Origin: Candidatus Bathyarchaeia archaeon
Lineage (GTDB): Archaea; Thermoproteota; Bathyarchaeia; Bathyarchaeales; Bathycorpusculaceae
Length of the DNA stretch: 64,000 nt
Assembly: GCA_050010755.1 (NCBI GenBank)
Contig: JBEKKK010000001.1
Location: forward strand, 416,001-480,000
Reading direction: 5' to 3'
The number at the start of each line of letters is the position of its first letter. Within the stretch, counting starts at the first letter, position 1. A program made the position numbers and the translations under genes. Shown piece after piece: positions 59,367 to 64,000 of the stretch. The notes below the pieces were generated by a model. The model worked only from the letters and a program-made list of their open reading frames with translations. It was not told the origin of the DNA and ran no database searches.

Positions 59367-60833
59367 GTGAATAGTCAAATGTCGGAACACAATGTTAAAA
59401 AACCTGAAACTAGAGAAGAGTTTGTCGACATGCTCCTAGAAGCCGCCAAAAAATCTGCAGAAGACCGCGGCGCCCCAAAACCCAGACCGACAAAACCGAC
59501 AATCCTCGGAACAGCCGAAGCCTTAAACATACACAGAGACACCCTCTACGCCTGGCTCAAAGAGTTTAACGTCGACTTCAAAGAAGTATCAGACGCCATC
59601 CCGACAGAAACCCCGTCGACATACGGCGACGCAACTGGAAAAGTCTACCTCATCGGCGAAGCACTCGTCGGAGAAGGCAACGAAGTCGCACACATCGACC
59701 TCCTCCTAGGCGACAAGAACGGACCCGTCGGAAACGCCTTCGCCCAAGGCATGTGCACTCTCTCGGCAGGGCACACCCCGCTACTGGCCGTCATACGCCC
59801 CAACCTCCCACCCAAGCCGCACACGCTCCTCGTCCCCAAGGTCACGGCCAAAAACATGGAAGACGTAAACAAAATCTTCGGACCCGCCCAAGCCGCCGTA
59901 GCCAAGGCTGTCGCAGACGCGGTAGAAGAGGGAATAATTCCACCCGAAAAGATAGACGATTGGGTCATCGTGTGCAGTGTCTTCGTCCACCCAGCAGCAA
60001 CCGACTTTCGAAAGATATACCACTACAATTACGGAGCCACCAAACTGGCCCTGAAACGAGCCCTAGCAAAATATCCGCCGCTGGAGAAAATACTCTACGA
60101 CAAGGACAGAGGCAAACATCCGATAATGGGATTCAAAGTTCCGCGCTTATGGAGACCACCCTACCTGCAAATTTCACTCGACAACCCCGAACTGGAAAGC
60201 GCAAAGAGAATCATAGCTCAGCTGCCTGGAAGCGACAGAATAATCATCGAAGTAGGCACCCCGCTCATCAAGAGATACGGAACAAAAGTGATAAACGAAC
60301 TCAGAGAAGGAGCCAAGAGCATGTTCTTCGTTGCCGATCTGAAGACCCTAGACGTTGGAAAAGTCGAAGTCGACCTCGCCTACGACGAAACCGCAGACGC
60401 CGTCGTAGCCTCCGGACTCGCACCAGCAGAAACAATCGACGCCTTCGTCCACGAAGCGAAGAGACTGGCAACATACGGAGTCGTGGACATGCTCAACGTC
60501 GAAGACCCCCTCAAAAAACTCAAGTCCCTCAAAGAATTCCCAGACATAATAATCCTGCACAGAGGAATAGACCAAGAAACAGGAAGAACACACGGAATGG
60601 AAATCATCCCCGAAATACGCCAAACCTTCAAAGACAAAAAATTCCTCATCGCCGTGGCAGGTGGAATAGTGCCCGAAACAGCCCGCGAAGCCCTACAGAA
60701 AGGCGCAGACATAATTATCGTCGGCCGATACATAACCCAGTCAAAAGACATCGAACGCGCAGTAAGAGACTTCCTCGAAACAACACCAGAAATGAGAGAA
60801 GACATAGACCTCTTCAGAGTACACGTCGAATAA
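59367..60833 (+). CDS. fae-hps: Bifunctional formaldehyde-activating enzyme / 3-hexulose-6-phosphate synthase with an N-terminal HTH extension
   Basis: Fae: IGEALVGEGNEVAHIDL..G.K.GPVG, GHTPLLAVIRPN, FGPAQAAVAKAVAD, NYGATK; Hps: PPYLQ..LD, IEVGTPLIK, ADLKTLD.G, HRGID.E, VAGG, VGR. Confidence 0.95.
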   Translation: MNSQMSEHNVKKPETREEFVDMLLEAAKKSAEDRGAPKPRPTKPTILGTAEALNIHRDTLYAWLKEFNVDFKEVSDAIPTETPSTYGDATGKVYLIGEALVGEGNEVAHIDLLLGDKNGPVGNAFAQGMCTLSAGHTPLLAVIRPNLPPKPHTLLVPKVTAKNMEDVNKIFGPAQAAVAKAVADAVEEGIIPPEKIDDWVIVCSVFVHPAATDFRKIYHYNYGATKLALKRALAKYPPLEKILYDKDRGKHPIMGFKVPRLWRPPYLQISLDNPELESAKRIIAQLPGSDRIIIEVGTPLIKRYGTKVINELREGAKSMFFVADLKTLDVGKVEVDLAYDETADAVVASGLAPAETIDAFVHEAKRLATYGVVDMLNVEDPLKKLKSLKEFPDIIILHRGIDQETGRTHGMEIIPEIRQTFKDKKFLIAVAGGIVPETAREALQKGADIIIVGRYITQSKDIERAVRDFLETTPEMREDIDLFRVHVE

Positions 60834-60869
60834 ACCCATCCACCACTCTTTTTCTTTTTCACAATTTTG

Positions 60870-62060
60870 TCAGAACACCAAGAAGGAGACAAAAGCCGCC
60901 AAAAAGATTACTCCAGCGACTAGGAAAACCTGAAAGAAACCGAAAGCCTGCGCGACAAATGGACCCGCAAGAGAACCAACCGCAGCGCCGATGCCCATCA
61001 AAACATTGATCAAACCAGCCCTGCCAGGCGGTATGAGCTCCATGAACAAAGATTCAATACGCACAGTAAAGACTGCAGCCAACAACCCCATCAAGATTAG
61101 AACCCCCACAGTCAAAAACACGCTGAACGATGATTTCACCAAGGCCGCAATCAACAAGAGAGTAAGCAGGCTACGAGCTAGAATGATGCCCCACACGCGC
61201 GATCCACCACCAGACGTTTCGGTCTTGCGGCCAGCGAACACGTACCCTACTACTCCCCCACCGGAATTCAAAATGAAAACTGCAAAAACAATCGCCGACG
61301 ACATCGCAAGATTCTTACTGATGAAAATTGGCAGAGGCGTAAAGAGTATGTTCGTAGCCAATGAAAAAAGCGCCAGCGCACAACAGAACGCAGCCACATT
61401 CTCAGTCTTCAACCTCTCATTAAGACCCTTGCCGTCCATCATTCTGGAAGCAAGAAAAATACCGCTTGACGCGAAACTAACTCGCTTCTCCATGCTCACC
61501 AAGCTCCTCTCAAATATCATCGGAGGATCCACAACGAATATTGCAGACAGAACAAAAGCCACGAAATTAAGCCCCGCAACCAAAAAAAGCGTGTTCGCCG
61601 CCCCAAAGCTGTAAAACGAAGCAAAAAAGCCCAACACCAAACCGATCAGCGTCCCAATTTCCGTGAACCCCTCATAGAAAGCAAAATTCTTCTCCCAATC
61701 CTTATGCGAATACAACTCCGAAATCAGAACATTCTTGGGAGCCTCGTGAGCAGCATGAAAAATCGCCACCAGCGCATATATCAAAATTAGCAAAGCAATG
61801 TCCGTTGTAAAAGCAAACAAGCTCAACAGAACACTAACAGCCAAAAACGCAAGAAGAATAAAACGTTTATAATGCCGCGTCTTGTCGCACAAGTAACCCC
61901 ACAGGAAAGAGGCAGGCATAGCCGCGAACAGCGCTATACCCGTGATTATGCCAACATAGTACAACCCATGGACCTTGTCGATACTAACTAGATAAAGCGG
62001 CAGAAAAATGGACAATAATCCGAAGCCCATTTCATGAAAGAAGAACCCTATCCGCCACAT
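60870..62060 (-). CDS. MFS transporter
   Basis: About 12 TM helices, WG.LCD....K.F motif-A-like sequence. Confidence 0.88.
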   Translation of the reverse strand: MWRIGFFFHEMGFGLLSIFLPLYLVSIDKVHGLYYVGIITGIALFAAMPASFLWGYLCDKTRHYKRFILLAFLAVSVLLSLFAFTTDIALLILIYALVAIFHAAHEAPKNVLISELYSHKDWEKNFAFYEGFTEIGTLIGLVLGFFASFYSFGAANTLFLVAGLNFVAFVLSAIFVVDPPMIFERSLVSMEKRVSFASSGIFLASRMMDGKGLNERLKTENVAAFCCALALFSLATNILFTPLPIFISKNLAMSSAIVFAVFILNSGGGVVGYVFAGRKTETSGGGSRVWGIILARSLLTLLLIAALVKSSFSVFLTVGVLILMGLLAAVFTVRIESLFMELIPPGRAGLINVLMGIGAAVGSLAGPFVAQAFGFFQVFLVAGVIFLAAFVSFLVF

Positions 62061-62557
62061 AGCCAGAAAACCTTCAAAGCAAGATTAAAACTTTTACCCA
62101 TCCCACCAGCAACAAACGACGGTTAACCCACAACAACCCATCCGCCTCAGCGAAACCGGTCAAGGCTTCGAACATTAATGAAAATGAATTAACATTGGAA
62201 CAAAAACAACTCAACAAGCCACGACCAGAGCAGCATGAAAAAGAGAAAACCAATTATGAACATTTCAGAAGTGGTGGGATGCGTCATGCTGCAGAAAAAT
62301 TCTGCGTTGAAATTAACGGGGAAAGGACTCGCATGACGCACCTTGCCATTATTAAATGATGCAAGGCTATATAAAACTTACATTCATCAAAGATCTGTTT
62401 TGATATCTAACCAACATATACGGGTTCTTAGATTCTTTTATATTGAGTCAAAATCGCACGGCCAAATTGTCCGAAGAAACACGCTTTCCGAGCCTTTGAT
62501 AGACCGCTCGAGCAATTCTGCGAAAAACTTCACCGCGCTCGGCTACTCGGCACCAGA

Positions 62558-62686
62558 CATTGTTACCACGGCTGTTACCAAAAAACACAGCACCCGCCCA
62601 AAGAAAGACGCTTTCATCTAGAATTTCTTCATAAATTGTTACCACACAACATTACCACGGTTGTTACCAACAGAGAAGGGGGGCCA
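62558..62686 (+). repeat. TGTTACCA repeat cluster ending in a purine tract and G-run
   Basis: TTGTTACCACGGCTGTTACCA (about 62560) and TTGTTACCACACAACATTACCACGGTTGTTACCAACAGAGAAGGGGGG (about 62636). Confidence 0.65.
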
Positions 62687-62801
62687 TCCCGAAGCACGCC
62701 CCGCTCCTCCGGAACCGCCAACTATTTGACAGAACCTGAACGCACAACTCTTAAAAGAGAGACACCCAACTTTCATAGCACTGCTGGAGAGTTCAGCTAC
62801 A

Positions 62802-63269
62802 ATGGCAAAGTTCAAAGTAATCGTTTCAGACCCCGAAGCCGGAACGTCCAAAGCCGTAGAACTTGAAGAAGCTCGTGCAGCCCCGCTCATCGGAAGAAAA
62901 ATTGGCGAAGTCATAGACGGTTCAATAATCGAACTGCCAGGACACAAAGCCCAAATCACGGGAGGCTCAGACAAGGACGGTTTCCCCATGAGACCCAGCG
63001 TCCACGGCGGCGTCCGCCGCAGAATCGTCCTAAGCGGAGGAGTCGGCTTCATCCCAACAAACGAAGGAGCCAGGCAACGCAAAACAATCCGCGGCAACGT
63101 CATAACCGACGAAATCGTCCAGATAAACATGAAAATCACGGAAAAATCAAAACAAGCCAAGGAAGCCAAAAAACCCAAAGAAAAGAAAGAAGAAAAAACA
63201 ACGCCGCAGAAAGAGGAACAAAAGACAAAACCAACCACAGCCCAGCATCCTGCCGCACCAAAAACTTAA
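62802..63269 (+). CDS. rps6e: 30S ribosomal protein S6e
   Basis: [15 protein letters not shown]...[23 protein letters not shown]...IVQ.N. Confidence 0.96.
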   Translation: MAKFKVIVSDPEAGTSKAVELEEARAAPLIGRKIGEVIDGSIIELPGHKAQITGGSDKDGFPMRPSVHGGVRRRIVLSGGVGFIPTNEGARQRKTIRGNVITDEIVQINMKITEKSKQAKEAKKPKEKKEEKTTPQKEEQKTKPTTAQHPAAPKT

Positions 63270-63285
63270 CCTCCAGACTTCAACA

Positions 63286-63471
63286 TCATCCCAAATTTTC
63301 TTTCACACGCATCGACACTAAGGCTTCATCTACGTCGCTTGGGGAGATTTTCCTACAATCTTCACAGTTGTGGCTTGTTTCACATTTTCTGGCGCAAAAC
63401 TGCTCCCTAATGTTTGAAAAGACTCGCCGTCTCCCCTCTTTATGCTGTGTAACATTTATTAACTCGCACAT
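63286..63471 (-). CDS. Possible small Cys-rich protein
   Basis: 61-aa ORF with FCARKC...NCEDC between rps6e and aIF2-gamma. Confidence 0.3.
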   Translation of the reverse strand: MCELINVTQHKEGRRRVFSNIREQFCARKCETSHNCEDCRKISPSDVDEALVSMRVKENLG

Positions 63472-63517
63472 TTATTCCTACAATAATTCGAAAAAACATT
63501 TGTGGGAAAAACAAGTT

Positions 63518-64000
63518 ATGAGCGAAAAATCCACAGTCCTACCGCATCAACCCGAAATCAACATCGGAACCATGGGCCACGTTGACCATGGCAAAACAAC
63601 GCTGGTGCAGGCACTCACAGGCGTCTGGGCTTCAAGACACAGCGAGGAACTCAAGAGAGGCATAACAATCAAGCTAGGCTACGCCGACATGCCAGTATAC
63701 AAATGCCCAAATTGCCAACCGCCCAAAAACTACACGACAAAACCAGTCTGCCCCGCCTGCAGCTCAAAAGCAGTTTTCGAAAGAGCAGTCAGCTTCGTCG
63801 ACGCACCAGGACACGAAGCCCTCATGGCCACCATGCTGTCGGGAGCCGCAATCATGGACGGAGCCATACTCGTCATAGCCGCAGACGAACCATGCCCCCA
63901 ACCCCAAACAAGAGAACATCTAGCCGCAGCCAACGTTATCGGAATAAAAAACATCATCATCGTCCAGAACAAAATCGACATCATCGACGAAAAAAGAGCA
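63518..64000 (+). CDS. eif2g: Translation initiation factor aIF2 gamma subunit (5' part, runs off the window)
   Basis: [56 protein letters not shown]. Confidence 0.97.
   Translation, partial: MSEKSTVLPHQPEINIGTMGHVDHGKTTLVQALTGVWASRHSEELKRGITIKLGYADMPVYKCPNCQPPKNYTTKPVCPACSSKAVFERAVSFVDAPGHEALMATMLSGAAIMDGAILVIAADEPCPQPQTREHLAAANVIGIKNIIIVQNKIDIIDEKRA

Noticed and set aside
59753-61009. 418-aa alternative-frame ORF, and similar ones at 58200-58778 and 56102-56566
   Set aside because: R/P/Q-rich shadow frames produced by T-poor codon usage of the real genes
62343-62621. AT-rich ORF faintly resembling a RelE-type toxin fragment
   Set aside because: Similarity too weak to support by eye; no antitoxin seen
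63140-63269. K/E-rich C-terminal extension of eS6 as a eukaryote-like tail
   Set aside because: Low-complexity tails are common on archaeal ribosomal proteins, and there is no Ser phospho-cluster
1-64000. Genome-wide TAG recoding suggested by in-frame TAGs at 8709 and 48842
   Set aside because: Many intact genes end in TAG at their expected lengths, and the 48740 gene also has frameshifts

Overview
An archaeal chromosomal segment, most consistent with Bathyarchaeia (TACK). This is inferred from class I LysRS, eS6, aIF2-gamma, Fae-Hps, AcnX subunits, UPF0147/UPF0148, DUF5752, PEF-CTERM-like tails and cohesin/dockerin/NosD surface proteins. Core blocks (about 14-45 kb and 57-64 kb) alternate with two accessory patches. 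One lies around an intron-containing tRNA-Arg(GCG) at 7.8 kb; the other lies around tRNA-Glu(TTC) at 49.2 kb and contains large surface proteins and several decayed genes. The most notable observations are: (1) a Fae-Hps formaldehyde enzyme carrying an extra N-terminal Fis-like HTH; (2) a membrane-anchored cohesin-like scaffold next to an unanchored dockerin-bearing beta-helix protein; (3) a Zn-ribbon/SPFH operon resembling ydjG/ydjI with no pspA in the window; (4) a 58-nt D-loop tRNA intron with an adjacent integrase-like remnant; (5) a dispersed family of intergenic repeat/A-tract/G-run elements; (6) a perfect palindromic operator upstream of a membrane-anchored wHTH regulator. No CRISPR array, rRNA or intact transposase/integrase was seen. 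All protein calls come from motif recognition by eye, not from database searches.
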